Of a stretch of 64,000 nucleotides of DNA, positions 27,874 through 40,195 are shown piece by piece (position 1 is the first letter of the stretch; every line of letters begins with the position of its first letter). A program made the translations under genes and the position numbers. Below the pieces are notes generated by a model that saw only the letters and a program-made list of their open reading frames with translations, had not been told where the DNA came from and made no database searches. Source of the DNA: the human T2T-CHM13v2.0 reference genome, Homo sapiens; the NCBI RefSeq assembly GCF_009914755.1, contig NC_060937.1; one strand, written 5' to 3'.

Positions 27874-28372
27874 TGAACTAGCCCATTTGTCTCATAGAAC
27901 TGATGTTTATAGTTTCTTTTGAATAAACCTAGAAAGTGATTCCCCCCTCCAATCTTAAAACTTGAGAAAGTTATATTTGTCTTATCTGAGTTCCTTTCTT
28001 AGGAAACAAATCATTAGCTCTCCCAGATAGTATGAAGGATCTGAAACTCACCAGAACACTGCACCTGGACAATGAGATGCCAGACCCTTCACCCACCGTG
28101 ATTGCCTGATGGCAACCTGCTGCCTGTTGACCAACTCCTCTTCTTTACCTCTCCCTAATTCCTGCTTTTTCACACATGATTACAATTCTTCCATGCTATA
28201 TAAAACCCCTAATTCTAGTCAGTCAGGGAGATGGGTTTGAGAAAGATCTCCTATCTTTTTGGCTGCAGCACACAATTAAAGCCTCTTTTCTGGCAATGCT
28301 CCTTGTCTCAGTCATTGGCTTTCTGTGTGGTGAGCAGTAGACCCTAAAGCAAATCTCTAATGTTTCAGTAAT
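27874..28372 (+). mobile_element. ERV1 solo LTR (LTR26/MER4-group-like)
   Basis: tgaactagcccatttgtctcatagaactgatgtttat...TATATAA...attaaagcc...cttgtctcagtcattggctttctgtg...tttcagtaata. Confidence 0.8.
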
Positions 28373-28769
28373 AATGTATAGGTATATCCAAAATTTTTGC
28401 TTTAAACTTTCTTTCTTGGAGGTCTCCTTTTATTTTAGCAAATACTGGTTTGTTGTTTTTTCTTCAGATTTTCGCTCTGCGTTGTATCTCCTATGTAGTC
28501 TTACTGACCTCATGGTGAGGAGGATGGGAAGCTGTAGGTACATCCAGTGTTCTATAGAATTTTGCTGTTCTCTCCTGTAGTGGGGTACTTGTGGTCTGCC
28601 CTGTGGACTCATGATAACTGAGGTATTACTCAATACATATGGCATTTCAGGCAATATGCTGGTACCATACCTGTATTTCATGGTCTGAAGTACTTTGCAC
28701 CAGATCTCAGTTAGACATAAGCTTCTTTGCAAAATCACAGGACTTCAATGCTTCTTTAGTCTTCTCTCT

Positions 28770-29085
28770 CTTTTTTTTTTTTTTTTTTTTTTTTTTGGAG
28801 ACAGGGTCTCACTCTGTCACCCAGGTTGGAGTGCAGTGGCGTGGTATGATCTTAGACTCACTGCACCCTCTGCCTCCTAGGCTCAAGCAGTCCTCCAACG
28901 TCAGCCCCCCAAGTAGCTGGGACTACAGGCATGAGCGACTATGGCATGCTAATTTTTGTATTTTTTGTAGAGACAGGGTTTCACCAGATTGCCTAGGCTG
29001 TTCTTGAACTCCTGAGCTCAAGCGATCCACTTGCCTCAGCCTCCTAAAGTGCTGGGATTACAGGCTTGAGCCACTGCTCCTGGCC
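28770..29085 (-). mobile_element. AluJ
   Basis: Poly(T), J diagnostics; TSD ct(t/c)tagtcttct. Confidence 0.95.
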
Positions 29086-29526
29086 TCCTCTAGTCTTCTT
29101 AGTACCTCTGTGGGCCATCACAGGGGCTTGTAGAAACTTGCACATTCCCAGGATTCCAATCTTTGCGATGAGACTGGTAATGTGTAGGGCTCTAGAGTCC
29201 TTAGCTTCCTCCTAGTTTATAATTCCTATGCGATGATGTCCCATTCCCCACAGTCAAGCCATGAAGGTCCTCCTACCCCTTGTACCCTCCCCATGGTGTT
29301 TCTGCTATGAGGATGTGCACGTTCTGACCCAGCCCTTCTTCTCTATCTTCATTTTCCCTCATCCCCTAGAGCACAAAGATCAGGTTTTTCACTATCTCTT
29401 CCTTGCTATAAGATCTGATCCTCTTCTTCACTGAATCTATATTCTTAGAGTTCTGGTGGCAGAATTCTGTGATCAAAAGTTACCTATTGCCTCTCAAGAT
29501 ACAAATCTACTCTTTTATAACTGTTC

Positions 29527-30020
29527 TGTGACATTGCTGCTGGGAGTCTAAAAGTTGCATTTCAGACTGCCTTAATAAGAGAAAGTAACAGTTGATGTGA
29601 AGACAGGAGGAGGAAAAGGGAAATAAATTTTCTTCATTTTTTTCTGGCTGTTCTGCTCAGTATTGTCCCAGCAGTGGCATTTTACCCAGGCAGTTTGTTT
29701 TTGGCATTTCCGGTACAAAGCTTCACTGCATCCCTTTAGAAGCACCAACACCACCCAGATAGTTCCTCTTTCCTCAGATGTCTGAACCTCACTACTTTCA
29801 GACTCCTCTTCTAAGATGCCACTTTCTGCCAATGCCAAATTCTTTCCTTTTGTTCCCCAAGCACTAAGACTGGTAGCTGCTTCCTATAGTTAATACCTCT
29901 AGGTTCTTCAGTGATACCTTTCTGTTCTCTGAGCTTGCCAACCCTGTGTAGTTAGTTCTCCAAAGAACTCCCCTCTGCTAAAATATCCACTGTGATTTCT
30001 CTTTTCCTGGCTAGAGTCCA
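29527..30020 (+). mobile_element. LTR33-like ERVL LTR
   Basis: tgctgctgggagtctaaaagttgcatttc...ggtagctgcttcctatagtt...gtgatttctcttttcctggctaga. Confidence 0.55.
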
Positions 30021-30042
30021 ATTTTGTCGTTGTTCTTGTTGC

Positions 30043-30578
30043 ATGATAAGTAGAATAGTGGTCCTGAAAGATGCCCATGTCCTAATCCCCAGGACTTGTG
30101 ATTAAGTTATGTTACATGGCAAAGGGGAGTTAAGTCTGTAGATGAAATTAAGGTTGCTTATCCGCTGACCTTGATATGGGGAGGTTATCTTGGATTATGC
30201 AGGTGGGTACAAATTTATTACAAGGGTCCTTAAAAGTGAAAGGGGAGCATGAAGAAAAAGAAGAGGAGAGGGGGAGAGATAATTGACTACAGAAGAAAGG
30301 CAGGCTTAGGGAAATGCAATGTTGCTAGGGTTAAAGATGGCAGAATGAATCCATGAGCCAAGGGATGAGGGCAGACTCTAGAAGCTGGAAAGGCTGAGGA
30401 TACTGTTCTCTCCGGTAGCTTCCATAAGGGAACACAGCCCTGCGGACCCCTTGATTTTAGTTCTGCAAGGCATGTGTTGAACTTCTAGACCATAATACTG
30501 TGAGATAGTAAATTTGTATGGTTGTCAGCCACTAAACTTGTGGCAATTTGTTGCAGCAGCAATAGAAAATTGAGATAA
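30043..30578 (+). mobile_element. MLT1D-like LTR
   Basis: aaagatgcccatgtcctaatcccc...gttacatggcaaaggg...gccactaaacttgtggcaatttgttgcagcagcaatagaaa. Confidence 0.88.
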
Positions 30579-30639
30579 TTTATTGCATAGAAGAATGATA
30601 AAATTATATTGGTTTATTGACTACCAAATTTTTATTATA

Positions 30640-31900
30640 ACATTTTCTTCTGGAATTTAGATGATTATATGTAATTTTCTATTAGATATTTGTCCCTTAG
30701 TATTCAGGGATAGGCATTTCAAAGTCAGCATCTACCAAAAGAATGTATCATATTTGCTTCTAAGCCTGGTCCATTCCCATATCACTAATCTTTTCTTTTT
30801 TTTACATTTTATTTTATTTTTTATTTTATTTTTTATTATTATACTTTAAGTTTTAGGGTACACGTGCACAATGTGCAGGCAAATGTCCAACAATGATAGA
30901 CTGGATTAAGAAAATGTGGCACATATACACCATGGAATACTATGCAGCCATAAAAAATGATGAGTTTATGTCCTTTGTAGGGACATGGATGAAATTGGAA
31001 ATCATCATTCTCAGTAAACTATCACAAGAACAAAAAACCAAACACCGCATATTCTCCCTCATAGGTGGGAATTGAACAATGAGAACACATGGATACAGGA
31101 AGGGGAACATCCCATACCCCTAATCTTATCCATTTGTTCATGGCAGAACCCAGACCTCACCTTGAGTCTTTTTTCTCCATTTTTTACTCCCTTTTCCATC
31201 CAGCGAATCACCAATCCAACTGAGTTTTCCTCTGTTTAACTGCTTATTTCTGCCTTTAGTGCAATTTCTGTAACATAGGTCACTATGATATTGGCCAGAT
31301 TTAAAGCAACAGAGCCTGCATTTACTTTCCTCTCCTCCAGCCTCCTGTTTCCTGTCCACAACACTGCTAGGGAACTTTCTAAACAGCAAGCCCAGACATG
31401 TTAGACTACTGCTCAAAATGTTTCCATGGCTTCTCATTGCCTTAGGATTTAAGTTCTTTATGATCCCTATGATCTTTTCCATTTCATATTTGAATGGATC
31501 ACAATATTTGCACTGTGTGCTATTGTTATTTTCAGCATCAAATCTGCTAACGCACCATGCTCCCTCTTGCCTCTGAGCATCATTATGCCTTTCCAAGGCC
31601 AGGGACATTTTTCCATCAGCCACTCCCTCTTCTCTGCTGGCCTAATTTCTGCTAATCCATTAGGTCTCAAATTATAAATCATTTTCTCTGTGAAGAGTTT
31701 CTTGACCTCCCAAGACTGACACAGGTATCCCTTTGAATGTTTCTAGGGCAACTTTTTAATCCCTTTTACCTAATGCACTGTGCTGTCATTCTTTATCACT
31801 ATTGTGAGCTTTTTCATGCATTGCCATCATCTTTGTATCTTTAACATTTATGCAATGGCACATAAGAGGCACTAATAGATATTTGTTGAATGGATCAATG
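30640..31900 (+). mobile_element. L2 (interrupted by L1PA)
   Basis: ctgctcaaaatgtttccatggcttctcattgcc...tttcttgacctccc...3' end atatttgttgaatggat. Confidence 0.8.
30793..31110 (-). mobile_element. Short L1PA2/PA3-like insertion with 5' inversion
   Basis: Poly(T)+3' end on minus (30793-30879), sense segment 30880-31110; TSD cccatatcactaatctt/cccatacccctaatctt. Confidence 0.92.
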
Positions 31901-32129
31901 AGTGCCTTATAGTGTATATAATTAAACTCAACTATTGGAATGGAGAAGAACTGCCTTCCGTCATTAATGGTTATATTAATAAATGATACCATCTGTCTTC
32001 TTGCCTCTGTAAAGTTGAAAAACAAAATGTTTATCAGTCAAGGTATGGTAGTTATGTACAGCATTGACTTTCAATTATTGTTTAATTGATAATCGTTTTT
32101 TATTTTGTCACAGGGTGAATTATGAATTG

Positions 32130-32318
32130 TGCAGAGAAATTCCTGTTTTTAAAACCATCAGATCTTGTGAGGCTCATTCACTGTCACGAGAACAGTGCAG
32201 GAAAGACCCACCCCCATAATTCAATCATCTTCCACTGGGTTCTGCCCATGATATGTGGAAATTGTGGGAGTTACAATTTGAGATGAGATTTGGTTGGGGA
32301 CACAGTCAAACCATATCA
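32130..32318 (-). mobile_element. THE1 LTR, 5' half only
   Basis: aaaaccatcagatcttgtgag...gagatttggttggggacacagtcaaaccatatca. Confidence 0.88.
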
Positions 32319-32661
32319 TATGCTAAATAAGGGGTGGATTATTCATAAGTTTTCTGCAGGAAGGGGCAGGGAATTCCAGAACTGAGGGTTTCTCCCTCTA
32401 TCAGACCCCATATAGGGTAACTTCCAGGTATTGCCATGGCATTTGCAAACAGTCATGGTGCTGGCAAGAGTGTCTTTTAGCATGTTATATAATATATTAT
32501 AATTAGCATAGACTGAGCAGTGATGACAACCAGAGGTCACTTTTGTTGCTACCTTGGATTTGACAGGGTTTCGCCAGCTTCTTTACAGCATCCTATTTTA
32601 TTATTAGCGGGCTCTTTGTGACCTGTACTTTGTAAAACCAGTCCTGCTGAACTCCTATCTC
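32319..32661 (-). mobile_element. MER41-family ERV1 LTR, 3'-truncated
   Basis: Minus strand tgagataggag...gtgacctctggttgtc...aatgccatggcaa...gaagttaccctatatgg...ataatccacccctt. Confidence 0.82.
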
Positions 32662-32865
32662 AATTTCAAATAGCAGTGAAACAGCACTAACATTGGGCTA
32701 AATGTACAAATGAAGATCATATTGTCAATAAGGCCAATTAACATTCAAAATGTTACTTAGATTCTTAAAAATTGCAATAAAACAACCTTGGATTGTGCTA
32801 ATGAAAGAAATAAAATTGTTAAATGAGCAATTTTAAGTAGTCATAAATTTCAAAGCATATGGAAT

Positions 32866-33305
32866 TGTGTTAGTTTCTTATGACTGCCATGACAAATTAT
32901 TGCAAATTCATTGGTTTAAACAACATAAATTGCTATTCTCTAACTGTTCAGGAGGCAAGAAATCTGAACTCTAATTGTCAGTAGGGTTGGTTGTTTCTGA
33001 AAGTTCTGAGGGAGAAATCAGCCCATACCTCTCTCTTAGCTAATGGTGGTTATAGTAAATCCCTGGCTTCTCTTGGCTTGTAGATGCGTCCTCCAATTTC
33101 TGTCTTCATCTTCACATCTTTTCTCTGTCTCTCTTTTTCTTAGAAGAACACAACTCATTGGTTTAGAGCTTATGCTAAATCCAGAAGGATTTCATCTCTA
33201 GATCCTTAATTAATTATATTAGCAAAGTTCTGTTTCCAAATAAGGGCACATTCTGATGTTCCAGGTGGATATGAATTTTGGGGGGACAATAGTCAATGCA
33301 CTACA
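32866..33305 (-). mobile_element. MLT1C-like LTR
   Basis: tgtgttagtttc...cttggcttgtagatgc...tttccaaataagggcacattctg...ggggggacaat. Confidence 0.85.
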
Positions 33306-33377
33306 GCAATAATTTCTAATTCTTCACAATTCCGAAATTTTGGTATATAAAATTTCTGAATGACCTGAAGTGATATT

Positions 33378-33844
33378 ATGCCGGGTCCATCCTGCTGACT
33401 CTGGCCGAGCGATAGATGAAAGAAGTACACTGACGCAGGTATTTTGCCTAACAGCACGGCAAAGGGACCACATCACTTAGCGCCGCTGGTGAGAGTGCAG
33501 CCCCCCACCTAAGCCAGCAATGCTAGCATTTACTTAGCACAGATTTAATGACAAAGGCTTGGAGCAAACACAGTTTATGGGTAATAAACATTGTCGGCCC
33601 CCCAAGCAGAGAGCAGTCCTGCTCCTGAATGATCAAAGGTTGGTTTCCAGAGACATAAGTAAATCAATTTATCTGGATAAGTTCCTTTACATTCCCTTGT
33701 TATCTACCCTTTGCCCTTACGAGTATTTAGCTGCCTTCGGCTAAAGTCCCGAAGCTTTGCTAAACCTCCTGGCCTTCCAAGAAGGTTTACGTCTTTCCTT
33801 ATAACTTTTACATATAACTTGGACCACCTGACCTAAATCCTACA
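33378..33844 (-). mobile_element. LTR22-like solo LTR (HERV-K HML-5)
   Basis: Minus strand tgtagga...ggtcaggtgg...ggaaagacgtaaaccttcttggaaggccaggagg matches recalled LTR22. Confidence 0.78.
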
Positions 33845-34971
33845 ACGTTAGAAATAATCAGGTTTTAAAATGAAGTTCAAATAGTATATATGTTTTGGTC
33901 AAGATAACCTATTCAGGACTTTATCTTCTGATAGATAAAAATAATAAAATAGATTACCCCTAAATATTCTTGTGACTCTTTTTGTTTCATCATATATTCT
34001 AGCTAGAGGAATTAAATTTAAAGTCAAATCTTTACAATAATGCACAAATTCTTTCTAGTAACATTAGGAAGATTATTGACCACATACAAAGTCTGCAATT
34101 AGCAACATCCAATTAAATAAAACTTATAGATGTGCAATTATAGAAACAGTTTCACATTCAAGCTGAATATAAGAGCCCTTACAGGAATAATATTAGAATC
34201 ATGGCTGATTTATAAAAAATAATATCATTTTATTCATATAATAGGGTATTTTCTGTTGAGGTAGGTGTTTAAAGATCTGCATACTTTATTTCCAAAGGGG
34301 TAGATACTCCATCACCAACTTTTAAAATTGCATCAGTAGATAGCGTGTAATCTATTTCCTAATCCATGTTTATCTGTGCAACTCCAGGCATAGGGGTGAA
34401 CACAGATAAATCTTTATGTGAGTAGAAGTTATACAAATGCTAAGTAAGTCATTTCTTCTAGAAATTATAGAACTGAGAAAATGTTTGTCTGTCTTTGAAT
34501 AAGACAGACTGCTTCTGTTGTAAATCTCACATCTCATGTTTGTGCACTTATCAAAATCACTGAGAATGTTCTCCTATTTATTAATATTGGAATGGAGTGC
34601 TAGGAAATATCGTCTCCAATATTTTCAAAACAGCCTTCTTCACACATCAAACCTTTACATCATTTGAAAAAAAACCCACTAAATTTTGGCTCTAATAACA
34701 ACAAATTGGGGCAGATAGAAAAAATATAAGGAAACAATTTCTTTTGATTTGTAAATGCCATAGCTAAGCTTATTAAAATATTATAAGCTAATACTATAAA
34801 TATTGCTTATTACTCTGATAGGTATCTAAGTTAATTATATTAATTCAAACTTAATTATTTTTAATTGTCTTATTTTACTACAAATGGGAGATAATTCGTA
34901 AAAATACACTGGAAGTGGGTTGGTACTGAGTTTGAAAGTCAAGTTGGCATTGTAGGATGTATCTACCCTAT

Positions 34972-37348
34972 CATCACCTTCTTGAACAATGTGAACATAA
35001 GTCTGGGACCCAGCCCCAAAAGATGATTAATGGTCCGTTTATCTGCTATTTACCAATAAATGATTGCAGCATAAGGACTATTGTAAAAAAAGAAAAACTG
35101 TGAAGCTGTCATTGTACTTATGCCAGCAGGTGGGAAGTCTTGCACTTTTGGTGAAATATCATTTTATCTCATACTGAAAATGCAGCTTTTTTTTCCGCAT
35201 AAGATTGCTGCAAGAAAGGCATACCTATAGACTCTAACACGTTCTCAGAAAAAAAATGAAATCATTATATGACAACTTGAAGAAAGGACGGTGAAGGATC
35301 TAAAAAAGTTGGAGAGTTTCAGAGAATGTTAATGCTCTCAAAGATGGCTTGATAATTTTAGAAAGAGGTTTGGCTTAAAACAAAATGGGAAGATTACAGG
35401 ATAAGGAGCTTCTGCTGACCAAGAGGCAGTGGGTGAGTTCCCAGATGCCATTGAGGAGAAAGGATATTTGCGTGAACAGGTTTTTTAATGCAAACAAAAG
35501 TGCACTATTCTGGGAAAAAAGAAAAAGCCAAAAAGGAAGTTTATTAGTAAGGAAGAGAAGTGAGCACCAGGATTTAAGGCAGAAAGGGATAGGCTAACTC
35601 TACTTTTTGGTGCAAATTCCAGTGGATTTATCTTCAGAACTGCCCTTATGTATAGAGCTTATAACCCCTGTGTCTTGAAGGGTAAAGACAAACACCAGCT
35701 ACCAGTCTTTCAGTTGTACAACAAAAAGGCCTGGACAATGAGAACACCTTTCCTGGATTGCTTCCATTGATGCTTTATGCCTGAAGCTAGGAAGTACTTT
35801 ACCTGTAAGGGACTGCCTTTTAAAGTTCTTTTGATATGGACAATGCCCCTGGCCATCCAGAATCCCATGAGTTTACCACCAAAGGTGTTAAAGTGGTCTG
35901 CTTGGCCCCAAACACACCATCTCTAATTCAGTGTCTGTATCAGGGTATCATAAGGACTTTTGAGGCTCATTACACACAGTGATCTATGAAAAGAATTATC
36001 AACACTGTGGAAGAGAATCCTGATAGAACATTATAAAAGTCTGGAAGGATTATACGATAAGATGCCATAAGATGCCATTGTTATTATAGAAAAAGCTGGG
36101 AAAGACATGAAGACCAAAACAAGAAATCTCTGCTGGAGAAAACTGTGTCCAGAGGTGCATGACTTCACCAGATTTATGATGGAGCCAGTCAAGGAAATTG
36201 TGAAAGTAACTGTGGATATAGGCCAGGCATGGTGGCTCACACCTGTAATCCCAGCACTTTGGGAGGCTGAGGCGGGTGGATCATGAGGTCAGGAGTTTAA
36301 GACCAGCCTGGCCAAGATGCTGAAACCTCGTATCTACTAAAAATACAAAAAAATTAGCTGGGTGTGGTGGCATGTGCCTGTAATCACAGCTATTCGGGAG
36401 GCTGAGGCAGAGAATTTCTTAAACCTGGAGGCAGAGGTTGCAGTGAGCCCAGATCGCGCTACTGCACTCCAGCCTGGGCGACAGAGTGAGACTCTGTCTC
36501 AAAAAAAGAAAAGAAAAAAGAAATTGTAGATATGGCAAAATGGGCGGCAAGTGGTTTCAATGTATGGATCTTGAGGAAATTCAAAAGCTAATAGGCATCA
36601 CACCAGAAGAATTAATTGAAGATGAATTGGTGGAGATGAGTGCATCCAAACCAGGGCCAGACGATGAGTAAGAAGATGTAGAAGAGGCAGTGCCAGAAAA
36701 CACATTGACATTAGACAATCTGCTAGATGGTTTCCAATTATCAGACTGCTTTTGGCTTTTTTTTTTTTTTTTTTTTTTTTTAGGGTATGGACCACTCTAT
36801 GATACAGGCACTGAAATGTAAAGGAAATGGTGGAAGAAGGATTGGTACCATATAGAAACATGTTTAGAGAAAGGAAAAAAAGCAAAAAAAAAAAAAGACA
36901 GAAATTACACTCTATTTCCACAAATTTACACTAAGACTGTCACTCTCTCCTGTCTCCCCTTCTACCTCCTCCATCTCTTCTGCCTCTGAGAAAGCAAGAC
37001 CAGCCCCTCCTCTTCTTTCTCCTCCTCCCCAGCCTACTCAACATGAAGCAGAGAATGAAGACCTTTATGATGCAAATTTGCTTGATGAATAGTAAATATC
37101 TCTTCCTTATAATTTTCTTGATATCATTTGTTCCTCTAACTTACTTTTTTGTAAGATTACAACATGTAATACATATAACATACAGAATATGTCTTAATTG
37201 ACAGTTCATGTTATTGGAGAGGCATCCAGTCAACAGTGGGCTATTATTATACTAGTTAAGTTTTTAGGGAGTTCAAAGTTATATACAGATATTCGTGTAT
37301 ACTGCACAGTTAGCGTTCCTAACTTCTGTATTGTTCAAGGGTCAACCA
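34972..37348 (+). mobile_element. Tigger2-like DNA transposon, interrupted by Alu
   Basis: Right TIR ttgttcaagggtcaacc; decayed pogo-type transposase sequence (gggataggctaactctact, ggacaatgcccctggccatcc); degenerate left end cttgaacaa. Confidence 0.85.
36221..36519 (+). mobile_element. Alu (AluSg-like) within Tigger2
   Basis: Full-length Alu; TSD aaagtaactgtggatat/aaagaaattgtagatat. Confidence 0.96.
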
Positions 37349-37379
37349 TAATAAAGATATGATTCAAATAAATGCAAAT

Positions 37380-38120
37380 ATTTCAAAAGTGGAAGAAAGT
37401 AAGAAGCTATAGCGACATTTTAGTAAGAAAAAACACAATTTTTGAAATAAATTTTAAGATGGTTGTCTAGCAGACTGAGCACAATAAAGTAGCAAACTAT
37501 TGAGTAATAGAGTGAACAAATAATTTTCTAGAACCCAATACAAAATATGTGGAGAGAATCTATAAAAGCAAAATTGATCCCAAAAGGCCCAAATCAGAAA
37601 GCCCTGCATTTATCTTATAGGCATTCCAGAAAGAAATAATGGAAGAAATAGTCCCCAAGAGGTATTCAAAAAAAATTTTTTTGTACTTAAAACGTTCACT
37701 AACTGCTTTACAGAATAATCAAAAATAAAAATAAATTTACACATAAACTCCTGTTGCAAGACAAAATATAATTTACAAAAGGTTTTTAAGCAGAAGGAAG
37801 AGATGGGTTAATTACCAAGAAGCAAGAGTAATTGCATTAGATTTCTCATTGGCAATATTGGATTTGTAGACAGGGGGGCAAAGCATTAAAAAAGGTGAAG
37901 GAAACCAAACCTTCAAGATCAACTCTGATACTCATAAAAAACGGAGGGTGAAATTAAGGCATTTAGGAAAAACAAAGACTTAGGAAATTTACCGTTTTAC
38001 ACTCTCACTTGAAAAACTATTATCATCATTTGCAAAGAGGAAGAAAATTAATCCTAGAGACAAGGGTAAAATGTCAAAGAAACAGTAATCAAATATATTA
38101 GTAAACCAAATTGGCATATC
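37380..38120 (+). mobile_element. Old L1M ORF1 remnant
   Basis: ataggcattccagaaagaaa...gcattagatttctcattggcaatattgga...gagggtgaaattaaggcattt. Confidence 0.55.
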
Positions 38121-38139
38121 TAAATACATTTTAATTAAT

Positions 38140-38325
38140 GTCAGGAATTCTCACCTGGAATAGTGCTATTTCCCTAGAGGGCATTTGGAAATGTGTTAGG
38201 TCTTTGTTAGTTGTCAAAATAACAGAAGGGTGCTACTAGTACTTAGTACCTGCGATGCAGGAAATACCTTCAAACATAGTGTCCTATTATCCTGAATGGA
38301 TATAATGTTCCTGCTGATAAACATG
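38140..38325 (+). mobile_element. MER20-like hAT MITE
   Basis: cagg..ttctcacctgg...agggcatttggaaatgtg...gttgtcaaaat...ggtgctactag. Confidence 0.6.
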
Positions 38326-38835
38326 ATTATAAATAATAGCAATTACATTAAATGTAACTACAACAATTTTATATATATATATATATATGTAAATATACGA
38401 ACCAAGAGTGAAATTTCAAAAACAATAAGGGAATAGGGTAAGGAAGGAGTTTTAGGACATTTCTACCTGTCATGAGCAAACTGTCAAGGTAGAGGACCAT
38501 GTATCCATGTCTTACAAGTTTGAAAAGTCTGAATGTATTTTTTAACCCAAGCTAATACAGAGGGATCTAGACAAGGAGGTAGAAAATGGAATTCAAGCAA
38601 ACCTAGGACACAGATATTGTAGGAAACAGAGGATGCTTGCTTTTCCCTGTTCAGGAGGAAGAGAGAAGCAGATGTCTAATAGATTTTGATAGTAAATAAA
38701 CAAGTTTAGTAATAATGGCTTCTGCTGAAAACATAATGTTTTTTATTTTCTTCTTTTATTCCTCTATATTTTAACATTTCCAAAGATGACATGTAAACAG
38801 AGACTTAACTGAATATTAACACTAATGTGGAGTCA

Positions 38836-39122
38836 GTTGGGTGCTGTGGCTCACGCCTGTAATCCCAGCACTTAGGGAAGCTGGGCAGGTGGACCACCTG
38901 AACTCAGGAGTTCGAGACCAGCCTGTAAAACCCTGTCTCTAGTGAAAATACAAAAACTAGCTGGGTGTGGTGGTGCACACCTGTAGTCCCAGCTATTGCG
39001 GAGGCTGAGGCCAGAGAATTCCTTAAACCTGGGAGGTGGGGGTTGCTGTCGAGCCACTGCACTCCAGCCTGGGCAACAGAGCGAGACTGTCAAAAAAAAT
39101 AAAATAATAAATAAAAATAAAT
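38836..39122 (+). mobile_element. Alu with small deletions
   Basis: Alu body and A-rich tail. Confidence 0.94.
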
Positions 39123-39432
39123 TTGAAAAAACCCCTAATATGAAGTCTAGGGGCAGAACAAGTATCTCCAAATTATCCATTTATAACTTCCAAGAGTGGT
39201 TATGAATGAAAATGGATAAAATATTTGATAATATTTAATGATCAAGATTGAATATACATCATGAAAGTTATAAAACCTTAAGTATGTATAAACAGTGCTG
39301 CATGAATGGAGAGAAGTCCCACATTTCTGAATCAGCACTTGGAAGATGTCAGTTCTTTCTAAGTTTATATTAAATGTAGTTTTATTCAGTATCTCAGCAG
39401 GATTTCAGGAAGAGCTATGAATGTAAATATTT

Positions 39433-39706
39433 AAATATTAAAAATATTTAGATATTTAATTTTAAATATTAAAAATATTTAGATATTTAACTTTAAATAT
39501 TAAAAATATTTAGATATTTAATTTTAAATATTAAAAATATTTAGATATTTAATTTTAAATATTAAAAATATTTAGATATTTAATTTTAAATATTAAAAAT
39601 ATTTAGATATTTAATTTTAAATATTAAAAATATTTAGATATTTAATTTTAAATATTAAAATATTTAGATATTTAATTTTAAATATTAAAAATATTTAGAT
39701 ATTTAA
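39433..39706. repeat. 31-bp AT-rich minisatellite, about 9 copies
   Basis: Unit aaatattaaaaatatttagatatttaatttt. Confidence 0.97.
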
Positions 39707-39756
39707 AATATGATTTTAAAGATCCTATCTGCTCAGTCTTTGCTTGTTTTGATGTT

Positions 39757-40195
39757 ATATTGGTTACACATGGCCATTACAAATCACCAGAAACTTACGG
39801 ACTTACAGCAACAGAAACATAGCGTCTCACAGTTCTAGAGGCCAGATCTCTGAAACCAAGGTTCAGGAGAAACATGTTCTCTCTGAAGGCTCCAGGGCAG
39901 AATACTTATTTGCCTTTTTCAACTTTTGCTGGCTCCAGACATTTCTTGGCTTGTTGCTGCGTAACCCTAATTTCTTCCTCCGTTTTTGCATGACCTTCTT
40001 TATTTGTCTATGTCTTCTTCTCTTCTCTTCTAAGGATGCTTGCCATTAAATTTAGAGTCTATCCAGATAATCCAGGATGATCTCATTTCCCAATCCTTAA
40101 TTAAATCTGAAAGATCTGTTTTAAAACTAAAGTAACATTTACAGATTCTGTTGATAGGACATATCTTTTTAGGGGCCAGCATTCAGGCCACTATA
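39757..40195 (-). mobile_element. MLT1B/C-like LTR
   Basis: tctcacagttctagaggccaga...ctctgaaggctccaggg...ataatccaggatgatctcat. Confidence 0.82.

Noticed and set aside
31138-31623. Longest ORF (161 aa, minus)
   Set aside because: Antisense to decayed L2, with no recognisable domain
39433-39706. CRISPR-like array (31-bp repeats; also 53277-53528)
   Set aside because: Head-to-tail repeats with no unique spacers, no cas genes, eukaryotic context
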